Below, in pieces: positions 30,001 through 40,400 of a DNA stretch of 64,000 nucleotides (position 1 is the first letter of the stretch; the number at the start of each line of letters is the position of its first letter). A program made the position numbers and the translations under genes. The DNA comes from Euprymna scolopes (taxonomy: Eukaryota): assembly GCA_053919585.1 (NCBI GenBank), contig CM132815.1. One strand, given 5' to 3'. Below the pieces are notes generated by a model. That model made no database searches, was not told where the DNA came from, and was given only the letters and a program-made list of their open reading frames with translations.

Positions 30001-30175
30001 CGAGGGTTAAAAAACCCATGGTTTTGCGAGGGTTAAAAAAAAGACCCATTGTTTTGCGAGGGTTAAAAACCCCATTGATTTGCGAGGGTTAAAAAACCCA
30101 TTGTTTTGCAAGGGTAAAAAAACCCATGGTTTTGCGAGGATTAAAAAAACCCATGGTTTTGCAAGGGTTAAAAAA
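1..30175. repeat. Tandem satellite array, ~27-bp monomer TTTTGCGAGGGTT-A(4-9)C(1-6)-AT(G/T)G, roughly 1100 copies, open at the left edge of the window
   Basis: The monomer is visible continuously from base 1 to GCAAGGGTTAAAAAA at 30161-30175. All copies have one orientation and I saw no foreign insertion. Copy number is 30175/27. Confidence 0.98.
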
Positions 30176-30279
30176 GAAATCCTACATTACCTTATTGGCT
30201 CCCTTGAAAAAAGTCAAAATGGTATATTTGTACCAGAAAGCCTGTACGCACCTACACTATGTTTACCACCGAAAATGTC

Positions 30280-30824
30280 CTTAAACTATATTTCCAGTGT
30301 ACTTGAGAAATTTAATTAAGAAACTTTTGGAACTATGTGTCAAAAATTAAGAAACTTCTTGTCCTAATTTCTTATTCTTTTTTACCTTTCTTCAGAAAAC
30401 TGAATTACTTACGACGCTTGCTCGATTGCTGTTCAACTCAATTTAAGTGTCACAAGTTTGACTATAATCAGTGCAAGGGATTTGTGAATCTATCAGACTT
30501 GGAGCAAGAAATTGTTGAGACATTGTTTTGGAGAGCTGGACTTAAACTACATTTCCAGAGTACTTGAGAAATTTAATTAAGAAACTTTTGGAACTATGTG
30601 TCAAAAATTAAGAAACTTCTTGTACTAAGAGGCCAAATCATGTTTCTTATAAAAACAAAAGCATTGAAGCAAAATGTAGTGCAACTAGTTTCTAATTACT
30701 TACGAGGCTTGCTCTATTGGTGTTCAACTCAATTTCAATATCACAAGTTTGACTATAATCAGTGCAAGGGACTATCAGACTTGGAGCAAGAAATTGTTGA
30801 GACATTGTTGTGGAGAGCTGGACT
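30280..30824 (+). repeat. Imperfect tandem duplication (offset 261 bp, then 291 bp) at the 5' part of the transposon relic
   Basis: CTTAAACTA...GAAACTTCTTGT occurs at ~30280 and 30541. AATTACTTACGA...GGAGAGCTGGAC occurs at ~30403 and ~30694. The ORF track shows MSKIKKLLVL and DLEQEIVETL twice. Confidence 0.9.
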
Positions 30825-32130
30825 GAAAGAAAATGAATGTGAATTATTAACCATTTGTTTCCATCACAAACAATAATTTGGAGATGTGTTTGAGTGAAGA
30901 GCAAAGACCACAAAGAATTGTGATGGGTTTTTACAACACGAGGTCAAAGGTAAATGACTGATATCTTTGCAGATGGCAAAAGATCTGGAGGCAGAGGATA
31001 TAATGTAACAACAAGTCACTTTGTCGTCAGCGCACAAAGAAATATGTGAGCCCGACAGTTGATGACACAATGGATCCAGACTACGAACCTGTGAGTTCTG
31101 TTAAAACTTCAGAAAAAACCTTGAATGCGAGACTGGAAAGGACAAATGGTATTTTGTCAAAACTTAACTCTAAAAAAGGGAAACGATTTTCCCCGGAGAC
31201 AGTCGACCTGATAATGCATATGTATGAGAATGATGAATACAGCCACCAAATACCAGGCAAAAAAAACTTTTTGGGGATAGCAAAGGGTGTTCACAAACAA
31301 AAACGCTAGATAATTTGTAATTTGCATGAACTGTATGTTGCTTTTAAATAGAAGTATCCCGATGGCAAGGTGAGGGTTTCCAAATTTGTGGAGATGCGTC
31401 CAAAGTGGTGAGTTTTAGCTGGATATACAGGCACACATTCTGTTTATGTCTATAACATACATCAGAATGCAAAACTTCTTGTCAATGCCATGAAGTGGAA
31501 CATCACTTACAAAGATTTGATTTCAAAGTTAGTTTGTGATTCTTTTAACAAAGAGTGTATGATGCATCACTCTGAAAATTGCCCTGATAGAGAAGCTTTG
31601 CAGAAATTTTTGGATGAGGTGCTGTATGATATGAAGCCTGATGATGAGTTTCATTTTAGTCGATGGGGCACAACCAGCCATGCAACATTAACATACGCAG
31701 AATATAAAGATCTGTTGATTGACACCATTGATAATCTTACTACACAATCATATCTAGCAAAATGCCAAGCCAGATACTTGAATCAAAAGATATAGAATCT
31801 TTGTTCCAATGAGGTCCTTGTTCTGGGAGACTTTGCAGAAAACTTTCAATTTTTAATACAAGACAAAATTCAAAGTTATCATTGGAGTAAGGAATATTGC
31901 ATCCTGCACTCAGTGGTGATTTACTATTGAGATTCTGATCAGCAGCTAAAGCATATTTCCAATCACAAAACCTATGACATTGCATTTGTGTATCAAACTC
32001 AGACACTGACTGTTCACTTAATCCAGACCTTATTACCGCATGTGAACAAATGATGCCTGCGGGGCTCAATATAAAAACTTCAAGAATTTCATCAATTTAT
32101 GCTTGTATAAGGAGGACTTTGGTATTGAAG
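30403..32130 (+). pseudogene. Degenerate DDE transposase, Sola (probably Sola2)-like, with multiple stops and frameshifts and the C-terminal core apparently deleted
   Basis: Translated pieces include YENDEYSHQIPGKK, KFVEMRPKW, GTHSV, VCD..CMM..CP, GDFAENFQFLIQDKIQSYHW (31829 onward) and DACGAQYKNFKNFINLC..DFG (32052 onward). These match my recollection of the Sola DFxEN/QxxHW and SDxCxxQYKN motifs. The AT-rich, terminus-like tail may run to ~33125. Confidence 0.7.
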
Positions 32131-33699
32131 GTGAGTGCAAGACATTCAGTTGGCTGCAGATTGATGATACATGGTTTGTTCCGATCAAGAAAATTCTTTG
32201 TGTTGTATCCAAAAACATGTACCAGAAGGACATACACAATAACTGACCAAGAGTATCAAAAAACCATTTCTGCATCTCAGTGGCATAAAGAACACAATAG
32301 CATATAAATGTTGAATGCTGACTTAGGTTGTGAAATCCACTAGTTTCTGAATACCATTTCATTGCAACTGTTTTATCTTTAATGGACGTCTGTTTGATGC
32401 GTACTAAAAGCGTTAAAAACAACAAAATAGTATTGTTTGAAAATCAAATTTGAAAAACTTGAAAATAATTTTTTTTAAATTGACAAACTCAATAAAAAAT
32501 GAAACTCATTTTTTATTGAGTTTTGAAAGCATTTTTTTTTAAGAGAATACAAACAAAACTCGTTAATGCGCTGACTGCGAGCTGTTTCCCCATTAAGCGG
32601 ATTTAAATTTCTATAAAAGATAACATTTGAAAGAAATTTCTGCACAATTAATAATTATCAAATATTTACATATTATACATGAAAATAATTCTGAAACTAT
32701 TATCTATATGAAAATGGATGATCTATGCCGATTTATCTTATCAATTTTGAAATATTCTTTGTCAACTTTGCTCGGTCGTAACTTTGCTTCCTGTGGTCGT
32801 AAAAATAAAAATCAACGTCCAGTAGAGATGGACTTCTTTGTTTATATAGCCTGTAAAATTTCAGCCATATCCAACCAAATTTGACCGCGTGCATTTGTAT
32901 CCAAACGTAATGTATGAAATGTAAACATTGAAGAAAGTTTCCCTTTTTACTGTCGTCATTTTTTTACCGTTTTTTTCATTTTTAGCTTGGAGCATAAAAA
33001 TATTGAACACATAAAAAAAAATAAATTAAAATCATTGGAATGCTTATTCTATTCTCTTTCCAGCAATGTAATTTTTTTTAAAAATTGACCCAGAAATAAA
33101 AAAGATATGACTTGTTGAAGCACATTAGGTATGTGATATTATCAACGTCCACAAAAATACAGCATACGCTTGTAATGTTAAAAACATTATCATGTTTAAT
33201 GCCTTATGGAAACAAAACATTTTGTTATAATCTTGTTTAATGTTATGCCTTATAGTAACAATACTAACAGTGAAAGCCTCAACTGATAACTAAGATATCG
33301 ATTTTAGCTTTGGAGGATATTTTTCCAGGATGTTACACAGAGTACAACTGATCTACACACAGTGTCGGAGTCCTTTTTTGTGTGTAAATTTGATTTGTTT
33401 TATTTTTGTACTTGTAAACCAGTGCATGCACTCTCGGCAATCGTCAAGAATGAGAAGAGAAGATGAAGAAGACCACGACACAGTGTTTAGGTTCAGCGAT
33501 TATTGTTGAGAAAAGGACACACATGGCTTCACATACTGATCTGAGGAATGGGTAACAATTTTTGTACGTCACCAATCACTTTTTGTGAGTGTTAGTGCAC
33601 CTAAACACCGTCTACAATGAATTATTATCATAATGATATCCATGTTCTGAGAGAAATAGTGAAAACCTGGATTGATCAGGTAATCACAGGTAGGCAATA

Positions 33700-34010
33700 C
33701 ATGTGGAAGCAAAACTCTGCACTCTGCCATAACAGCCAGAAGACCTAGGATTAATTGTCAAAATCTTCAACCCATGCTTCTCATAACATTTGACCTCCAA
33801 CCTCGCTTGACTGCAACTCTCTAAACTTTTCTTGCATTGGTCGAGGTGGGTCCCTCTCAGCACCAAAGCCAACAAAGTCTGTCATTGTCGAGATGACTTG
33901 TTGCTTGATGACGGAGGTATGACTCGTGGTTCTGAGCAGTTTGAGGGAATCCAGTGAGGGCTACACAAAAATTTTCTGCAAGCCAGACTGCTCTTCCAAT
34001 AGAGGAGGGG
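33700..34010 (-). mobile_element. Highly decayed non-LTR (LINE) reverse-transcriptase fragment
   Basis: Minus-strand translation LLEEQSGL..SLDSLKLL..KQQVIS..VGGQML.AWVEDF resembles the EQxGFR and 'GxMLxWxxDFL' regions of LINE RTs. Confidence 0.35.
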
Positions 34011-34969
34011 TCTCCAAAGATTTCAAAATCGTGAAAAGGCAGATGACCATATTGCTGATTTTTTAGAGCTATACAGGTGGAAATAATAATTAAAAAAAAA
34101 AAAATGACCTGAACGTGTTTTATGTTTTGCTTTTAAATGAAACTGATTCTCCAAAAACCTGTTTTAATCATTAAATCATTTTCTGAACAAAAAGAAAAAC
34201 CACTATACTATTTTCACACATTTCCATTTTCTACATTTTTTTTCTGAATATTTTTACGCTTTCAATAAGAACTCCACGGGCTGGATTTGGCCCACAGGTC
34301 GTAATTTGGAGACCCTTCATCTAGGGCTCTGGCTTTTAAAATCCTACTTTCCGACCCTTGTGTCATATCATCTTGCCCATGGAAAGGAAATAAATAACAT
34401 AACCAAAATCTTTGAAAACTTAAGTTGGGAACTTTTTTTTCTGAACAGTAATCATCAAACAACTATTGTCTGCATCCTCTACATACGAAGTTCATAAGCT
34501 ATTTCAAGGCATTCATTATTTTTTTTTCTTTTTACTGAAATAATCACTTATGAAGGCCAAATGCCACTCAAGGATACAGGTCAACATGGAATGAGTATCA
34601 AGATCAAGTTCAAATACTTCTAGATAGGAATCTTAACATTAGCTTTGAAGATGAAGTTGTAATCTGCAGGGAAGCAGTACTGTTGCAATGTGTTCCAGAA
34701 ACAAAAATTTACACTTGCAATGTTGTGCAGTTACGTTTATCTTGACGGTGTTACATATCTCCTTCTCAAACATGGTGGGTACATTGTTTTATAGTTCTGC
34801 CTTAACATTACCATTTTCCCTGTTCAAAAAGTGCGATGGTCTCTCATCTATTATCTAGTTAATCTAACTTGTTATATTGCTGAACTGTTGGAATCCCATA
34901 TGAGAAACACTCCAAAAAACGTTTTTCAAACACTGATTGTCACGACTGATAACTCCCTCCTCCAAGAGT

Positions 34970-35620
34970 CAAATGTTTAAACTCTTCCAACTAACATTCA
35001 TAGACAATATGAATTGGAATAAATGCATAGAAGATACTGTCAAGTCTGCTGCAAAGGTGGGCTCCCTCTACTGTGCTAGAAAACTAGTATTCTATATCTC
35101 TACAAAATTATCATTCGCCCTTGCACGAAATATTGTTGTACATTTAGGCTACAGCACTAATCACTAATTCCTCCCTCTTAGACAGCGTCCAAAGAAAGAT
35201 TCTCTAATTTATTAGGTCACACACTTTCTACCAAACTTCAGCCTCTGTCCCATCACCACAATGTTGCATCCTTGTCATTGTTTTACAAATACTTCAACAA
35301 AATGTGCTCCGACGAACATACGGCACTTTCAGCACCCCCCCCCTTAGACCACCCGTCTTTGTAATTACCTCTCTTCTCTATAGAAACATGCAGAAATTTA
35401 AATGAAATGTGAACAAACATCTTGCTGCACAACTCCACACATTGGAGGCCAATGTTCCAACTAACATTCATAGACAACATGAATTGGAACAAATACATAG
35501 ATGTTGCCAAGTTTGCTGCAAAAAAAAGAAAAAAAGTGGTCTGCCTCTACCAACTAGTATTCTATATCGCTACAAAACCATTATTCACCCAGGCATGAAG
35601 TATTGTTGTCCCATTTGATG
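34970..35620 (+). mobile_element. CR1/L2-group LINE ORF2 3' fragments, two diverged tandem pieces
   Basis: Peptides MNWNKCIE, YKTIIHPGMKYCCPI, LQPLSHHHNVASLSLFYKYF are typical of the post-RT region (YKxxIRPxMEYCCHIW ... LQPLSHRRNVASL). CCAACTAACATTCATAGACAA is repeated at ~34987 and ~35457. Confidence 0.7.
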
Positions 35621-36473
35621 TGATGCACCATTCATTTTTTTTTCACTCGCATGCATGCCTTAGATTTGTCACTGACTGATTACACACACATATTATAAAT
35701 CCCACAGGAAGATACTTCATGTGCCTAGCAGTGTTCTTAGATAGGTTTTGTATTGGAATGTCTTTGATAAGTATCGATAATCGAAATAATCCAATGAAAG
35801 AAGACACAGGCGATTTTGACCATAGTTAACACCTTACACAGCCTAACATCACAAGTGCATTTGAGAAGTTTTATTACACACAGTAGCCAAAAGGCCCGAC
35901 ATAAAATCTACAGTAGGCTCTTTGATACGACGGGTGCATTTGAAATGAATGTTCCTCTTTAAAATATAATTCAAGTATGATACTTAGCTTTTGCATTTTA
36001 AACTTTAGATAGAAAAAATAATTTTATAAAATCAATTGTAGGTTCTCTACAGTTCACAATACATTGTAGTCTACATCGTACTGAGTCACTATGAGAGGCA
36101 TGTGGGTTTTCTCCTGGTGCACCTAACTAAAGCAGGCAATCAATTGATTTGATTGAAAAATGGTCAATTTCCACGATTTTGATGACAATAAAAAATATGA
36201 GTGTGTGAAACATTCGATCATCATTAAATTCCAGGCAACATCAAGTCACCCTGCTAGTATATATATATCTCAACAAGTGTACCTTGCTTACTCCACTTCC
36301 TACTTTTGTCTCACACAAGCACTCAAGTCTGGCTAAAGGACCTCAGTTTAGAGACATTTTTCAATCACATGCACACACATTTCCTTTCATTTCTATAGAA
36401 TGAAGACAAACAAAAAAATGGTAAGAGCAAAAAACACAAAATCTCTCAATTTTTTTTATAATAAACATAAGAT

Positions 36474-36479
36474 TTTATT
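36474..36479 (-). terminator. Candidate AATAAA polyadenylation signal of the RS-rich gene
   Basis: TTTATT on the + strand lies ~310 nt past the stop codon and is followed on the minus strand by a T/GT-rich tract. Confidence 0.45.
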
Positions 36480-36787
36480 GTCATTATAATTATTTAATAA
36501 TGAAAAAGCTTTGCTCCAATCACGTCTAATGAAAACATTAAACACGTTAAAGAGAAGCCATTAAATTAAGAAAAGTGATCATTCTACTGTTCGGCAGTGT
36601 CCCCCGGGCCTCAATGCTCTACATCTGGGATACAGGGCCATAGGTCAGAGGGGAGAGGGGAGGGAAGTTGAGTTCAGTGCATCAGCCCTTCAGTCTGGAA
36701 TTGAGGGATGGGGGCATAGGTGGGTAAGTGGGATGGATTCGGGGTAGGGACTCGTCGGCAGGGTAGAAGAATCAGTCGGTCAGTTGG

Positions 36788-37004
36788 TTAGTCACTGGAT
36801 GACCAGCTACGGCTGCGACTGGAACTGCTGCTCTTGCGTCTGCGGCTGCCACCCCCACTGCCACCGCGGCCTCCTCCACCGCCCCCACTTCTTCGCCGTC
36901 TGCGTCGGTGACCACTGCTGCTGCTCCGTTTGTCTCTGGTGTTGTGTCGTCGGGAACGAGAACTGCTACGAGATGATCGACCACGACTAGAGGAACGGCT
37001 GGAA
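36788..37004 (-). CDS. NKTR: Terminal coding exon: SSRSSSRGRSS...GGGGGRGGSGGGSRRRKSSSSSRSRSWSSSD*
   Basis: Acceptor ctctctcatctttcag and stop TAA. Lies within ORF 36788..37066. Confidence 0.88.
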
Positions 37005-37384
37005 CTGAAAGATGAGAGAGAGTTGATGGCAATAAAATATGGCTGATCAAAACTTATATAGGCCATAAATCTGGCATTAATACAGATATTCTGCTGAAAA
37101 TTTTTTTTTTAAATCCTCATATTTACATATGATTTGTTTAACCTACGAGCATTTATTTAGAAGATCACACTTTTATGGTCAGAATAAGCTTCAGATGCAG
37201 ATAGGTAAAAAATGTTCGAATGGGAAATTTCCACTTAAATTTTCCATCATAAGTTGAGCTAGAGCTCCATATCTAGGCATTTACAACTGAATTTCGCCAA
37301 GTACTTTATCCATTACACCATGGGTCCATGCAGAAAATTCTCGTATGTTTCTAGATATAAGTAGCACTATTTATTATTTATTAC

Positions 37385-37466
<82 letters not shown>

Positions 37467-40400
37467 TTATTTAAAACTGAATTTTCCCTTTCTGGTACTA
37501 ATAAAATAAATTAGTATTAGTATAAAATTACCAGTGAAATTAAAATCTGCAGACCAACTCTCTCAAGTGTGGTTTTACATTTGTGAAAATATATGCACAT
37601 ATTACATGAGTTTTTACTGTAATCCAAAATTTAAAAAAAAAACAACTCTATAGATAAATATTTAGAGATATTAAAAGGATTGGAAATTGTATTGGAACGG
37701 AGAAAAATATTGGAATCATCCCATCACTTATGTGTACGTGAGTGTCAAACCTCAGCTTCCCAAAATTGGAAAAGAGCCAATCCAAAACAGCAAATATTGC
37801 ACAAACAAAAATCTTTTTTATCCTTCTAGACAAAACTTTATAAAGATAATAAATAATTAAAAGGGGGAAGGGCTATATCAACACTCCACTGCAGCCTTGC
37901 ACTGTATAGGATTCGTTTAATAACCTTCCTTTTGAAGCTCAGGTCTGCTGTGGAGTATTGAGAAAGTTCCTTTTTAAACTTTACTTACCGTCTTCGAGAA
38001 TTACTGCGACTGGGAGAATCTCGCCTGCGACGATTCCTGCAAATAAATTTAATTTTCAAGTTTAAAAATTAAGACAAAGCAAGTTTTTATAACACACTAG
38101 CAGGGGTACCCGGCGTTGCCCAGGTGTTTGTAGGTGTGTGTGGTGCTAAATAAAAAAGAAACCCCCCGGGGGAAGGGGGGGGGTACCGAAGCACTGAGGC
38201 GAAGTTTGAAAATAAAATCGGCCAGCCAGAATGAGTTAGTGAAAGATGTTTGAAAGTCGTCGTGCGTTACGACGACGATGTAAGCATTGTTATAAGCGAA
38301 GTAAGAAAAGAAAGCAACGTTTTAATTGGGGGGGGGGTAATCAAACCATTAAAAAAACACAAAAAAATCTAACGCAAGGCAAACGAACATTGAAAACAGA
38401 AAAACGAACACGTGAAAAATGGTTTAAATGAGCCTGTTTCGATATTAAAATTTAAAAAATCGGTGGATACCCGGGTGTCGCTAAGAATAAGCGAAGTAAA
38501 AAACAAAACAAAAAAAAAAACAAGAAAACGAACGTTACGTGAAAAATGGCTTAAATGATACAGGGTTCAATATTTAAATTTAAAAAATCGAAAAAAAAAA
38601 AAACATCTCACACCACGATTCGAACCCAAAATGTTTAGATAATGAACAAACGCGTTAACCAACTGCGCTAAAGCAACGGAGATGAAATTTACTTGGTTTT
38701 TCAACTATTTAAAGTAAATCAGGTCATGACGTCATCTGACGCATGCGTAGAATCGGGCATTGTTACGAGAAACCCGTTTTATTGTCAGAGTTCAGCTAAA
38801 ATGGATGTTGATGTGGTAAAACCTACTCATTGTTTGATGTTCCCATTAGAAAATAATGGTGGATTGATTGAAGACTTATTACTGTAGTTTTGGTGTTCAG
38901 TTTAATGATTTGTGCTTGAATATTCTTTTATTTTATTTACCTCTTTTACAAAAGATGAGACACAAGGTCAAGTGTGGGTTTGATGAAAATATAAGATTCA
39001 AACTGCAATAACACTGTCAAACCCACTTGACTATTTTATTACCTCGGGTTCTTTGCATTTCACCAATGTAGGTTTTGTTGGATTTTTTATAGAATAGAAT
39101 ATACACTAGCATTATGTACAATCATTTCTTTTTCAACATGGGCATACCAAAGTTTCATGTTTAACATACATTTCATATACTGTATACAAGTTGAATCTTT
39201 ATCTAAGTCTGTCTTGAAAAATTGACAGACATCAATCATATCATTCCCATATTGTTTCTCTTCATGCAACACATATCTTCAATCCTCACCAGTCATATTT
39301 TACTTTTATACATCACATACTGCATGCACATGTTTGATAGATATTTCACTTGGTTAATAGTGGTGATGCTCTGATGGTTAGTAATAACAGAAATTCCCCA
39401 ACTTTACTCTGTTCACTTTTTATTTTTTTAATAACGCTAGTGGCAAAACTTCTGAATAAACGTAATAGCATATATATTATTTAATTAGAATTCATTATTG
39501 AGATGAGTTATTTTTATTATTTATTGCAGACTTATCCTCATCTTTTCTTAGTTGTTTCACAACGTTTTGGCCAACCGCGACGGCATAGGAACTCCGAATC
39601 TCCTAACTGCATCCACTGCAATTACTGCCTTCCATAGTTGTCGTCTCACCACATTTTTAGCCAAGTAAGCCTCAGGCCAGCTCTGGATAGGATTGAAACC
39701 GCTATCTTTAGACAATTCTCACAGGAGGCGGGGCCCGTGGCGCAGTGGATAGAAATGTTGAATCTCTACGGTTTATCATACACTTTGTAAACATGTGCTG
39801 TGCAACATGTTTTGCTGCTCATGTGAATGACAAATGTTGAGAGGCAATAGACGATTGACCAAAGGAAGAGGAGAGAAAGCTGAAAATATCTCTTGTCCAA
39901 ATCAGACCAGCTAAGAGATATTCTCACTGTTTGAAAACATGTCTCATTTGATTGGGAATGTCAAGCTAGGATCAAGATTTGTAGAGAAAAGTAATTTTCT
40001 TAAATAAACTCTAGATAAAAACTATGAATAGAGATTGTTTAAATATCTTCAGGTCCACCTTTTTGTGGTCAAAATAGTGACCACCAGAGTTAGTCAAGGA
40101 TGAAGAAATTCTAGGAAAATGGAAGAGGTGATCATACCCTGCCCCCAGGAACAGGAGGAGAAAGAGAGGAAGTGGAAGTTAAATGTTGGAGAGAGGATCA
40201 TTGATTTTCCAGAAAGCTGTCAGGCAATTGATTTTTGGCAGTCTTCGAGAACAGAGGGTCTGTTGTGTAGAGTTAGCCATGATAAAAAAAAAAAGCTTAT
40301 TTTGCATATCATTTAACACCACTGTAATTTAAAAAAAAAAAAAAAAAATACTATTAATATTATTACTTCCTCATCAGCTGGTTTTGCTCTTGGTGTGAGG

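Noticed and set aside
346-30175. Dozens of ORFs such as (VLRGLKKP..)n and (FLTLAKQ..)n
   Set aside because: They are translations of a 27-bp (multiple of 3) satellite in several frames on both strands, broken at random by homopolymer length changes.
1-30175. CRISPR array
   Set aside because: There are no unique spacers and no cas genes, and the context is eukaryotic with spliceosomal introns.
1-30175. Telomerase-made telomeric repeat (AGGGTTA matches the TTAGGG register)
   Set aside because: There is only one 7-nt match per 27 bp and no (TTAGGG)n run. The G-rich strand points toward the gene rather than toward the open left end. kb-scale HORs imply recombination or duplication. A remote telomeric ancestry cannot be excluded.
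39730-39800. tRNA gene
   Set aside because: Only an A-box-like 5' part is present, with no T arm, B box or acceptor-stem partner.
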